12,821 nt of DNA from Candidatus Eiseniibacteriota bacterium (GTDB lineage Bacteria > ARS69). A model generated the notes under the pieces. That model was not told the DNA's origin. It saw nothing but the letters and a program-made list of their open reading frames with translations, and did no database searches. The stretch spans positions 1 to 12,821 of the forward strand of contig JBQTGV010000190.1 of NCBI GenBank assembly GCA_052390515.1, read 5' to 3'. Position numbers and translations under genes: made by a program. Shown piece by piece: positions 1 to 8,195 of this stretch (its first letter is position 1; the number at the start of each line of letters is the position of its first letter).

Positions 1-1
1 C

Positions 2-433
2 GAGCTGATGATCGTGGTCGTGATCATCGGCATCCTCGTTTCGATCGCGCTGCCCATGTACAACAACATGACCACCCAGGCCCGGGTCGCGCAGGTGAAG
101 AGCAATATGCACACGGTGCAGGTCACCGTGGAGGACTTCGCCTCCCGCAACAACGGCGTCTACCCGCAGACCGCGGCGAGCGTGACGACGGACGGCGCGC
201 TCACGCTCGGCAGCCTGCTGCCCGGCGCCAGCATGCCGACGAACCCGTTCACCGCCGCGCCGACGACGCTGGACTGGTCGAATGCGCTGGGCTCGGCCCC
301 GATCACGGATTCCGCGGGCGGCGTCGCCCTGAACGTGGTGCAGAGCGTGGCCGGCGGCGCGTACGACATCTACGAAATCATGGGCGCCGACGGCGCGAAC
401 TCCGCGCTGTCCCTCGTGCTCAGCAACACGTGA
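2..433 (+). CDS. Type IV pilin / pseudopilin-like protein (prepilin N-terminal methylation domain), 5'-truncated by the window edge
   Basis: Frame from nt 2 reads ELMIVVVIIGILVSIALPMYNNMTTQARVAQVKSNM: Glu5, hydrophobic alpha1-N and Pro22 of class III signal peptides. The G|F cleavage site lies upstream of the window, so the ATG at nt 8 is internal. No Cys in the globular domain. Confidence 0.9.
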   Translation, partial: ELMIVVVIIGILVSIALPMYNNMTTQARVAQVKSNMHTVQVTVEDFASRNNGVYPQTAASVTTDGALTLGSLLPGASMPTNPFTAAPTTLDWSNALGSAPITDSAGGVALNVVQSVAGGAYDIYEIMGADGANSALSLVLSNT

Positions 434-440
434 GCCGGGC

Positions 441-1811
441 TCACTCCACGTAGCCCAGGCTTCGCAGGCGCTCCTTCACCTCGGGATCGCCCAGGTCCGC
501 GGCCGGCGAAGTCGATCCCGAGACCCACGCATCGAGCGCGGCGCGGAGCGCCTCCGCTTCTTCGCCCTCGGGGGCGATCGGCTGGAGCTCTCCGGGATCG
601 GCGTCGCGCAGGAACAGCTCTCTTCGCTTCTCCCACGGCGTATCGACGTAGGACGCGCGCGGAGTTCGGAGGACTCGCTGCAGCTGCGAGTCGGCGGGAC
701 CGTCGAACCGGTGCCACGGCATGCTGGCCAGTCCGAACACCGGCAACCCTTCGCCGCCGCGCCGCCACTGCAGCAGGTCGGCGGACTCCTCCGGGAGGTC
801 CGCGTCGACGCGCAGCCGCAGCAGCAGGGTCCTGGCGATGTCCAGCGTCCGCACCATGGCGGAGACGACGCCCGGCGATTCGCCGGGAGCCCTCACGGCG
901 AGCGGAACGCAGACGTCCTGCGGGTAGAGGTAGGGCCCGTGCTTGAAGTGCAGCCCGTGTTCGCCGAGGCTCTCGCCGTGATCCGCGGTGACAACGAAGA
1001 TCGTCGACGGTGCGGTCTCGAGCTCGGCGAGAAAGCGTCCGAGGATCCGGTCCAGTCCGGTGATCTCGGCGAAGTAGAGCGCCTTCAGGTGCTCGCGCTG
1101 CTCTGACGTGAAGTCGTCGGGCTCGGCCCAGACGTCGAAGATGGTGCCCATGTCCCCGGTCGTGTCGCCGGTGTAGCCCGGATCGTAGAGCTCGATGAGC
1201 TGGGGGACGGGCTCGTACGGGAAGTGCGGCTCGAACACGTGCACCCAGAGGAAGCGGCGTCCTCCTCCGCCCGCCCACCAGGACCAGGCTCGCTGCAGCG
1301 TGCGCGGCGCGGGTCGCCAGGCCTGCTCGAGCTCGGGCGACGACACGGGGCGGAAGTCGTACACGTCGAAGCCCTGGACGAGGTTGAGCTTGGGCTCGAG
1401 GGCCGCGCTGGAGACGAAGGCCGCGGTGGCGAAGCCGTTCTCGCGCAGGATCTCGGGGAGCGTGCGCAGCTCGTCGGGGACGCGGCTCAGGTTGCGCAGG
1501 ACACCGTGGGAGGTCGGCCAGCTGCCGGTCAGGATCGAGGTGTGCGAGGCCAGGGTGGTGGCGCTGGGCGAGAAGGCCGCGGAGAACTGCACGCTCCGGC
1601 GAAAGAAGCGGTCGAGGTATGGAGTGCGCACGCGCGGGTGACCCCCCGTGCCGAGCGCATCCGCTCGAAGCGTGTCGATCGTGACGAGGACGGCCGAGTC
1701 GACCGGCGGGGGCGGGGGTTCTCCGGCGCACGAGGCCAGGACCGTGCACGCCACGGCGGCGGCGGCCGCCCGGGCCGCTCGCGAGGGGATCCGGCGGGCA
1801 GGAGGGATCAT
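441..1811 (-). CDS. Sulfatase-like hydrolase/transferase (alkaline phosphatase superfamily), predicted lipoprotein, 456 aa
   Basis: Motifs VLVTIDTLRADALG, TLASHTSILTG, FLWVHVFEPHFPY, VVTADHGESLGEHG..HG and C-terminal ERLRSLGYVE. Start placed at the ATG at 1811, not 3215: GGAG 5 nt upstream, an extended -10 at 1850-1858, and a basic plus Ala-rich signal ending in lipobox VLAS-C followed by a poly-Pro linker. Confidence 0.88.
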   Translation of the reverse strand: MIPPARRIPSRAARAAAAAVACTVLASCAGEPPPPPVDSAVLVTIDTLRADALGTGGHPRVRTPYLDRFFRRSVQFSAAFSPSATTLASHTSILTGSWPTSHGVLRNLSRVPDELRTLPEILRENGFATAAFVSSAALEPKLNLVQGFDVYDFRPVSSPELEQAWRPAPRTLQRAWSWWAGGGGRRFLWVHVFEPHFPYEPVPQLIELYDPGYTGDTTGDMGTIFDVWAEPDDFTSEQREHLKALYFAEITGLDRILGRFLAELETAPSTIFVVTADHGESLGEHGLHFKHGPYLYPQDVCVPLAVRAPGESPGVVSAMVRTLDIARTLLLRLRVDADLPEESADLLQWRRGGEGLPVFGLASMPWHRFDGPADSQLQRVLRTPRASYVDTPWEKRRELFLRDADPGELQPIAPEGEEAEALRAALDAWVSGSTSPAADLGDPEVKERLRSLGYVE

Positions 1812-1849
1812 CGGAGCTCCGGACTTCGGCGAGCGGCGAGCAGCGCGAA

Positions 1850-1858
1850 AGCATAGCA
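1850..1858 (-). promoter_or_regulatory. Extended -10 promoter element (TGcTATGCT) for the sulfatase-like gene
   Basis: Minus strand reads TGCTATGCT (TGn + TAnnnT), 38 nt upstream of the ATG at 1811, inside a divergent intergenic region. Confidence 0.55.
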
Positions 1859-1906
1859 GACGAGTGCGACAGCGGCCACGCCGGGCCGACCCGGGTGCGT
1901 CGCTGC

Positions 1907-1936
1907 TTGAACGACCCTCCCCCAGCGGCGTACAAT
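1907..1936 (+). promoter_or_regulatory. Sigma70-type promoter for the dehydrogenase gene
   Basis: TTGAAC (1907-1912), 18 nt spacer, TACAAT (1931-1936), then GGGAGAG and the TTG start at 1965. Confidence 0.6.
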
Positions 1937-1964
1937 TGCGGGAGCCTGCCCTGGGAGAGCTTCC

Positions 1965-3548
1965 TTGAAGACCGGCATCCTGCTGCTCCTTTCCGTGCTC
2001 CCCGGCATGCTGGCCGGCGCGTCTGCCGGCCCTGCGCGCGCCGCGGTGGACCTCCCGGACAATTACGCCTACCAGATGATCTCCTCCGGGCCGTTCACCG
2101 GGGATCCGGTGGGCATGGGCATACTGCCGGACGGGCGCGTGCTCATCACCGAGCGCAGCACCGGCGTGGTGCGCATCGTGAAGGTCGGCTCGTCGACCGC
2201 GGATTCGCTCTACACCATTCCCAACGTCGAGGGACTGCATCTGGAACGCGGCCTTCTCGGCGTGACGGTCGACCCGGACTGGCCTTCGCGGCCGTACCTC
2301 TACTTCCACTACACGCACACCGACGGCACCATCAAGATCACCATGTACACCGTCTCTGGCGCGCTGACGGATCCGATGAGCAACGCGCTCACGCTTTCCA
2401 GCCCGTTCCACATCCTGGGGGACATCCCCGACGCGAACGGCCTGCACAACGGCGGCTCCGTGCGGTTCGGGCCCGACGGGATGCTCTACGTGAGCCTCGG
2501 CGACGACGCCGCGGGCTGCGACGCGCAGGATCCGACGCTCCTGACCGGCGTCATCCTCCGCCTGGACGTCTCGGCGATGCCCGGTGCCGGCAGCGGACCG
2601 CCGGCCAAGTCGGCCATCACCCCGCCGGACAATCCCTTCCCCGGACCGAACGAGAACGAACGCCTGGTCTGGGCGCTCGGTCTGCGGAACCCCTTCCGGT
2701 TCGCGTTGGATCCCGTTACCGGGGATCTGTTCGTCGGCGACGTCGGCGATCAGCTGCAGGACGAGATCTCGCTGTCGATCTTCTCGCAGGGTGGCGGGGA
2801 GAACTTCGGATGGCCGCAGCGCGAAGGGACGGCGCCCGGAACGTGCTGCGGCGCGTGCGGGACCGGCAACACGTTCACCGATCCGATCTTCCCGTTCTTC
2901 CACGACGAGGCGTTCTTCACCGCGGTGACCGCCGGGCCGATGGTCCGCACGGACTCGCAGCAGGCGCTGGGCTTCCCGCCGACCTACGACGGCGACTACT
3001 TCTTCTTCGAGTTCTTCTCCGGGTCCCTGATCCGTCTCACCGAGACCGCAGGGAACTGGGACGTCGCTCCCATGGAGCCCGGACAGTTCGACCCGCTGAG
3101 CTGGGGGTTCGGCCTCGGCGGCGTGGCCGATGCCGCGCTGGGTCCCGACGGCGCGCTCTACTTCGTGGCGATGAACGCGGGGCTTCCCGGCGTCAACCTC
3201 ACGCCGGGCCTTCACCGGGTCTCGGTGGCGCCCGGGGTGACGCTCACGCCGCAGGTGGCGGGCGGAGCCCAGGGTCTCACCGTGTTCCCCAACCCCGCGC
3301 CGGTGTACCTCGGCGCGACGATCCGCGCCCAGGTCGACCCGGAGAGCGCAGTTCGACTGGGCATCTACGACGCGGCCGGCCGGCTGGTTCGTTCGCTGGG
3401 CGAAGGTCTCGGCGACGGCGAGATGCGCACCTGGGCGTGGAACGGACGCACCGCCTCGGGCGAACCCGCCGCTCCCGGCGTCTATCTGGTCCGGCTGCGC
3501 TCGGCCGCGGGAGTCGAGCAGCGCGGGAAGGTCACGCTCGTCCGCTGA
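1965..3548 (+). CDS. PQQ-dependent sugar dehydrogenase (glucose/sorbosone dehydrogenase beta-propeller) with signal peptide and C-terminal FlgD-Ig/T9SS-CTD-like domain
   Basis: GSDH motifs ERGLLG, HNGGSVRFGPDGMLYVSLGD, PPDNPF, GLRNPFRF, GDVG..DEI, NFGWP and GPDGALY. Sec-like N-terminus ending ARA-A. The last ~90 aa read FPNP...IYDAAGRLVRSL...WNGRTASGEPAAPGVYLVRL...KVTLVR. Confidence 0.9.
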   Translation: MKTGILLLLSVLPGMLAGASAGPARAAVDLPDNYAYQMISSGPFTGDPVGMGILPDGRVLITERSTGVVRIVKVGSSTADSLYTIPNVEGLHLERGLLGVTVDPDWPSRPYLYFHYTHTDGTIKITMYTVSGALTDPMSNALTLSSPFHILGDIPDANGLHNGGSVRFGPDGMLYVSLGDDAAGCDAQDPTLLTGVILRLDVSAMPGAGSGPPAKSAITPPDNPFPGPNENERLVWALGLRNPFRFALDPVTGDLFVGDVGDQLQDEISLSIFSQGGGENFGWPQREGTAPGTCCGACGTGNTFTDPIFPFFHDEAFFTAVTAGPMVRTDSQQALGFPPTYDGDYFFFEFFSGSLIRLTETAGNWDVAPMEPGQFDPLSWGFGLGGVADAALGPDGALYFVAMNAGLPGVNLTPGLHRVSVAPGVTLTPQVAGGAQGLTVFPNPAPVYLGATIRAQVDPESAVRLGIYDAAGRLVRSLGEGLGDGEMRTWAWNGRTASGEPAAPGVYLVRLRSAAGVEQRGKVTLVR

Positions 3549-5006
3549 TCAGTGCAGGACCGTGACCGCGCGGGCGTAGGTCTCCGAGCCCGAGCGCACA
3601 CGAATGAAGTACGCGCCCGCGGGAACGCGACGCTTTTCGTCGTCGGTGAGATCCCAGTTCCGGCCGTAGACGCCGCCGCACCACGATCCCTGGTAGAGGC
3701 TCCGCACCCGCCGCCCCTGCACGTCGTACACGGCGAAGTCGTCGACGCGGTTCATCTCCGCGGGACCGGCGAACTCGATCTGCACGGATCCGGTCGCCGG
3801 ATTGGGGGAGGCGCGAAGGAAGGACTCGACGGCCACGGGACAGGTCTCGGGCACGGGCACGGTGCGCGTCATCGGCCACGTCCGCTCGACGAGCAGGCTG
3901 TCCGTGTACGCCTCGAACGCGCGCATTCGCACCTCGTCGAGCGTGACGTGGAACTGGACGTTGAAGTGCTGGTCGTCGAACGCGGTGTCGAGCGTACCCG
4001 GCGGGATCTTGCTCGGGTTGGGGAAGACGGCGGAGCGGTTGATCCGCGCCCCGCCGCCGCCCACGGTGAGATAGGGGATGCCGCGCTCGTCGTCGCGGGC
4101 GTTCTCGTGGATGGGATGAGTCACGGCGAAGCAGTGCTGATCGCCGCTGATCATGAAGACCCGCTGCGCGTTGCTGCGCTCGGGGATGCTCTCCAGGTCC
4201 CGCAGCAGGGACACGGCTCCGGTCCGCAGCGTTTCCGCGGGCGCCTCCGGAAACTCCTCGCCAGAGTACAGGATGTTGCCTCGCCCGAAGAAGTTCTCCA
4301 CGCCGTAGTACGTCCGGTGCGCCATGACGAAGACGACCTCGACCGTGGGCGGCAGCGCGTCGATCTCGGCGTTCAGCCACACCCGGTGCGCGGACTCGAA
4401 GTGGTTCAGCTCGTCGTCCGGCGTGGTGCAGTAGACGTAGTGGATCTCGTCGTCGGGGAAGTAGCTGTCCGAGTTGTTGTTCATGGTCAGGATGGCGAGC
4501 CGCGGCGGGTTGCCGACGTGGATCGAGTAGTACCGCTGGTACTCCGGCGTGCCGTGCTGGAAGAGGGGCTCGTGGACCACTGCCGGGACGTAATGGTCGC
4601 TCGGGTCGACCCACATCAAGCTCGCGTCGGAGTCCGCGTCGTGGTTGCCGAGAAGCCAGTGCTTCTCTCCCAGAAGCTGGTTCCAGATGCTCAGGAAGTC
4701 GGGGACGAACAGCTCGGGGTTCAGGCTGTTGAAGCCGAGGTCCCCGCAGTGCATGGTGAGGTCCGGCACGCGGGTGTTCATGTGCTGGACGTTGTTGACG
4801 AAGATGGTGGAGCAGGGCGTGCTCTCGCAGACCAGCGGCCACTGCGTGTCGGAGATCACGTTGATCAGGATGGAGTCCTGACGGACGGGCAGCAGCGTGA
4901 GGTCGGCGGCGCGCCCGGGTCCGGCAGGTGCCAGGAGAGCGGCGCCCGCCAGCGCGAGGACCCCGAGCCCGGCGAGGGCAGCCTGTCTCCTGGTTGTCTG
5001 CTGCAT
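3549..5006 (-). CDS. Calcineurin-like metallophosphoesterase (purple-acid-phosphatase-like) with signal peptide and C-terminal FlgD-Ig/T9SS-CTD-like domain
   Basis: Ordered metal-ligand motifs ISDTQ, HCGDL, LGNHD, MAHR and SGDQH, plus PYLTVGGGGA. N-terminal TRRQ, a hydrophobic stretch and GRA-A. The C-terminus reads SPNP...VYDVQGRRVRSL...WDLTD...VPAGAYFIRV. Confidence 0.8.
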   Translation of the reverse strand: MQQTTRRQAALAGLGVLALAGAALLAPAGPGRAADLTLLPVRQDSILINVISDTQWPLVCESTPCSTIFVNNVQHMNTRVPDLTMHCGDLGFNSLNPELFVPDFLSIWNQLLGEKHWLLGNHDADSDASLMWVDPSDHYVPAVVHEPLFQHGTPEYQRYYSIHVGNPPRLAILTMNNNSDSYFPDDEIHYVYCTTPDDELNHFESAHRVWLNAEIDALPPTVEVVFVMAHRTYYGVENFFGRGNILYSGEEFPEAPAETLRTGAVSLLRDLESIPERSNAQRVFMISGDQHCFAVTHPIHENARDDERGIPYLTVGGGGARINRSAVFPNPSKIPPGTLDTAFDDQHFNVQFHVTLDEVRMRAFEAYTDSLLVERTWPMTRTVPVPETCPVAVESFLRASPNPATGSVQIEFAGPAEMNRVDDFAVYDVQGRRVRSLYQGSWCGGVYGRNWDLTDDEKRRVPAGAYFIRVRSGSETYARAVTVLH

Positions 5007-5018
5007 GGCGAGATGATG

Positions 5019-5027
5019 ACTTTACCA
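5019..5027 (-). promoter_or_regulatory. Extended -10 promoter (TGgTAAAGT) just upstream of the metallophosphoesterase start
   Basis: Minus strand reads TGGTAAAGT, then 12 nt to the ATG at 5006, with no Shine-Dalgarno in between. Confidence 0.5.
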
Positions 5028-5052
5028 CACCCGATCGCGGTGGTTCCATGTC

Positions 5053-5102
5053 GCCCTCGGATGGGTCGTGCCGTGACTGAGTCGGGACATTGCCCTCGGA
5101 TG
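5053..5102. repeat. 11-bp direct repeat GCCCTCGGATG (5053-5063 and 5092-5102)
   Basis: Two exact copies starting 39 nt apart in the divergent intergenic/start region, each shortly preceded by CAT. The repeat is seen directly; its function is unknown. Confidence 0.6.
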
Positions 5103-6796
5103 CCGCGGGAGGTTCGATCCTGACCGAGAGAGACGAGCCGGGCCGCGGCAAGGCGCTGTCCGGGGCAGTCACCGGGGTTCTGCTCGCCGCGGCGTTCGTG
5201 CCGTTCCTGGCCGGCCGCCGGATCGGCGACGGAGTGCCCGGCGCCGTCCTGCTCGCCGCCTCGGCGATGCTCGCACCGGCGGTTCCGGGCTGGATGCTCT
5301 CCGCAGGCCGTCTCGCCCCGACGCGCGCGGTCGCTGCACTCCTCTCCGTGACTTTGCTGCACCTCGGCGCCGTCGTCGTGCTGCGTGCGCTCCGCGCGGA
5401 ACCGACGCCCGCCGCCTTCGCCGCCGCGCTGGCCTCGCTCACCGCGCTCGCCGGCGCCGCCGCCGCCTGGAGAGCGCCGGGACTTCGCCTGCCGAGGGAC
5501 TTCGTGCCGTGGTGTGTGGGCGGCGCGGCGTTCCTGCTCTTCGCCTGGTCCGGGACGAGCGTCGTGCCCGCGCTCGAGGACCAGGACTCCGAGGTGCAGG
5601 GTACGGCGAACGGCATCGTGCGCGAACTCGCGCCGGTGTCGCTCATGAACCGCGGTCGTCTCCACTTCTTCGCCCACCCGCCGCTGCTGCACGTCTTCAG
5701 CGCCGCGACCATCACGCTGGCCGGCGAGCTCGACACCGTGCGCCCGGCGTACGACGTGGCGCGGGAGGAGCTGGCGAAGGTCCCCGCGGCCGACCGGGAG
5801 CGCGGGCTCGGCGCCGTGATCCGCGCGCTGCGCCACCCGCCCGGTGCGACCGACCGCAGCTTCCTGTGGCATTCGCGCGTGTTCCGTGCGTTCCGCGAGG
5901 CCCCGGCACTGCTGGCCACGCGCGCGCCGAACTTCGTGCTCGGCGCGTTCGCCGTGGTTCTCGTTTTCGCCTGGGCGAGGCGCCTCGGGACCGGGACGCC
6001 GGACGCGGTCCTCGTGGCCGCCGCCTACGCCACCCTCCCGGAGATCGTGGTGCGCTCGAGCTACGGCGGGTACTACGCGCTCTCGGCGGCGACGTTCGTG
6101 TCGGCGGCATGGTTGGCTTCCGAACGCCGTCACCGCGGGAGCCTGGCCGGCCTCGCGGGGGCGCTCGCCGCGCTGGCGAACCACAAGGCCGTGGTGGTGG
6201 GCGGCGCCGCCTTCGTCACCGCGGCGCTCCGGCGTCGCTCCGCGGCTGCCGTCGTGCTGCTCGGTGTCGCGGCCGGGACGGCGGCGTTCTGGATCTGGGG
6301 CCTCGCCATCGCGCCGGGCGACTTCGTGGGCGAACACCTGCTCGACCACGGCCTGAGGCGCTTCACGCTGGGCGAGGTCACGACCCGCACGGGCGCGCCG
6401 ATCTACCCTTCGCGGGCAGGGGTGTGGCTCGAGTTCGCCACGAATCACGGCTGGCCGTGGATTGCTGCCGCGGCCGCCGGACTGCTCTGGGGGATCACGC
6501 GGGCGGCGAGACGCGCGCCGGATCCCGACCCGCTCACGGAGGCCGCGGAGATCCTCGTCCCGTGGACGCTGCTCGGTGCCGCGGTCTTCACCGTGATCGA
6601 CTGGCGCCAGACCAAGCACCTCGCCCTGATCGTTCCCGCGGCGACCGTGCTCGTGGCCGGCTTGCTGTGCGCGGCGCCGCGGCGCGCGCGGGTCCCGATC
6701 CGTGCCGTGCTGGCCGGTGCCGTGGCCTGGAACATCGCCGGGATCGTGCGGATCGCCCGCGACTTCGAGTCTCTGCGGGTCACTCCCATCTGGTGA
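5090..6796 (+). CDS. Polytopic membrane protein, GT-C-fold glycosyltransferase-like (ArnT/PMT_2, GT39/83-like); start uncertain
   Basis: Many hydrophobic segments. Acidic loop motif LEDQDSE, then FAHPPLL, ATRAPNFVLGAFAVVLVFAWARRL, YATLPEIVVRS and LAALANHK, in the order typical of ArnT/PMT_2 proteins. About four extra N-terminal TM helices. The best SD (GGAGG 5108-5112) points to an in-frame ATC/CTG at 5117/5120 rather than TTG 5090. Confidence 0.7.
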   Translation: MPSDAAGGSILTERDEPGRGKALSGAVTGVLLAAAFVPFLAGRRIGDGVPGAVLLAASAMLAPAVPGWMLSAGRLAPTRAVAALLSVTLLHLGAVVVLRALRAEPTPAAFAAALASLTALAGAAAAWRAPGLRLPRDFVPWCVGGAAFLLFAWSGTSVVPALEDQDSEVQGTANGIVRELAPVSLMNRGRLHFFAHPPLLHVFSAATITLAGELDTVRPAYDVAREELAKVPAADRERGLGAVIRALRHPPGATDRSFLWHSRVFRAFREAPALLATRAPNFVLGAFAVVLVFAWARRLGTGTPDAVLVAAAYATLPEIVVRSSYGGYYALSAATFVSAAWLASERRHRGSLAGLAGALAALANHKAVVVGGAAFVTAALRRRSAAAVVLLGVAAGTAAFWIWGLAIAPGDFVGEHLLDHGLRRFTLGEVTTRTGAPIYPSRAGVWLEFATNHGWPWIAAAAAGLLWGITRAARRAPDPDPLTEAAEILVPWTLLGAAVFTVIDWRQTKHLALIVPAATVLVAGLLCAAPRRARVPIRAVLAGAVAWNIAGIVRIARDFESLRVTPIW

Positions 6797-6806
6797 CGGC
6801 CGCCCC

Positions 6807-8195
6807 GTGAAGCGCATCCCTCCGTCGCTCTGGTTGCTCGCCGCGTTCGTGGCGTCGCGGCTGGCGCTGCCTGCGGCCGGCGTGCGTTTCGACATGGCTC
6901 CGCTCGGCACGTTCTACCAGTTCCTGGATCCCGTGCTGCTTCGCGACGACCTCGTGCGCAGCATCGCGCACCTGCACATGCAGCCGCCGCTCTTCAACCT
7001 GCTCCTCGGGGTCGTGCTGAAGATCGTGCCCGAGCATCCCGAGACGCTTTTCGCGCCGCTGTGGGCCGCCGTCGGAGCGGCGTCGGTGCTGGCGCTGCAC
7101 GCCACGATGATTCGCCTCGGCGTCGGCGGCCGGCTCGCCTTCGCGGCGGCGTTGCTCTTCGCCCTGTCGCCCGCGGTGGTGCTCTACGAGAACCATCTCT
7201 TCTATACGCACCTCGTCACCGCGATGCTCTCCGTCTCCGCCTGGCTCGCGCACCGCTTCGCCGAGCGGGGCAGGGCCGCGGACGGCGTCGCGCTTTTCGC
7301 TCTTCTCGCCGTGGTCACGCTCACGCGCGCGCTCTTCCACCTGGCGTGGCTCGTCGCCGTGGTGCTGCTCTTCGTGATCGTGCGTCGTGGGGATCGGCGG
7401 CGCGTCATCGCCTGCGCGGCGGTACCCGTCGCGGTGGTGGTGGCGTGGTACACGCGCACCTGGATCCTGTTCGGCTCGTTCGCGGCCAGCTCGTGGTTCG
7501 GGATGAACTTCGCCGAGATCACGCTGGAGCAGGCGTCTCCGGTCGAGCGGATGTACATGGTGCGCGACGGACTCCTGTCACGCTATGCGGTCATCGCCCC
7601 GTTCCAGCCCATGCTCGTGTACCGCCACCTGCGGGACGCGGGGGACTCGACGGGCGTGCCGGCGCTCGACGAGGAGATGAAGTCCACCGGAGAGCGGAAC
7701 TTCAACCACATCGAGTACGTGGAGATCTCCCGGCAGTACCTGAGTGACGCGCTGTGCATCGTGCGCGAACGCCCCGAGTGGTACCTGAAGGGGATCCGCA
7801 ACGCGGTGCTCACGTTCTTCCAGCCGGCCACGTCCGATTCGTTCCTGGCGGAGAACCGCGCGCGGCTGGCCGGCGCCGAGGGGGTCTGGCGCATCGTGAC
7901 GCTCGGCGGTTGGCTCGTTCCGGTCGTGTTCGCGGCGGCGCTCGGCTATGCGGCCGTGCGCTCGTTGCGTGCGCTGCGCGGCGGCCGGCTGGACGCCGCC
8001 GACGTGACCGTGCTCTACCTGTGCGCGAACCTCGTGTACGTCACGCTCGTCGGCACGCTGGTCGACGTGGGCGAGAACTACCGCTTCCGCTTCAAGCTGG
8101 GGCCGCACGTCGCGGTCCTGGTGACGCTCGCCGTGGCGCGTCTGGTCCCTCGTCAGTCCGTCCAGCCGAGCAGGGAGGCGGAGACGCGCCAGTAG
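6807..8195 (+). CDS. Second polytopic membrane protein, GT-C/GT39-like putative glycosyltransferase, 462 aa
   Basis: In-frame GTG at 6807, 10 nt after the upstream stop, suggests a shared operon. Motifs HMQPPLFNLLLG, LFALSPAVVLYE and VVTLTRALF, a large soluble loop, and late ENYRFRF before the last TM helix. Confidence 0.65.
   Translation: MKRIPPSLWLLAAFVASRLALPAAGVRFDMAPLGTFYQFLDPVLLRDDLVRSIAHLHMQPPLFNLLLGVVLKIVPEHPETLFAPLWAAVGAASVLALHATMIRLGVGGRLAFAAALLFALSPAVVLYENHLFYTHLVTAMLSVSAWLAHRFAERGRAADGVALFALLAVVTLTRALFHLAWLVAVVLLFVIVRRGDRRRVIACAAVPVAVVVAWYTRTWILFGSFAASSWFGMNFAEITLEQASPVERMYMVRDGLLSRYAVIAPFQPMLVYRHLRDAGDSTGVPALDEEMKSTGERNFNHIEYVEISRQYLSDALCIVRERPEWYLKGIRNAVLTFFQPATSDSFLAENRARLAGAEGVWRIVTLGGWLVPVVFAAALGYAAVRSLRALRGGRLDAADVTVLYLCANLVYVTLVGTLVDVGENYRFRFKLGPHVAVLVTLAVARLVPRQSVQPSREAETRQ

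Noticed and set aside
1812..3215. N-terminal ~470 aa of the 924-aa minus-strand ORF (441..3215), suggesting a giant sulfatase fusion
   Set aside because: It is the antisense shadow of the dehydrogenase gene in GC-rich DNA. A promoter, SD and lipoprotein signal all support a start at 1811.
6702..6806. ORF-track start at 6702 for the second membrane protein
   Set aside because: It would overlap the upstream gene by 95 nt and add a low-complexity Pro/Ser/Gly leader. The GTG at 6807 directly precedes the first TM helix.
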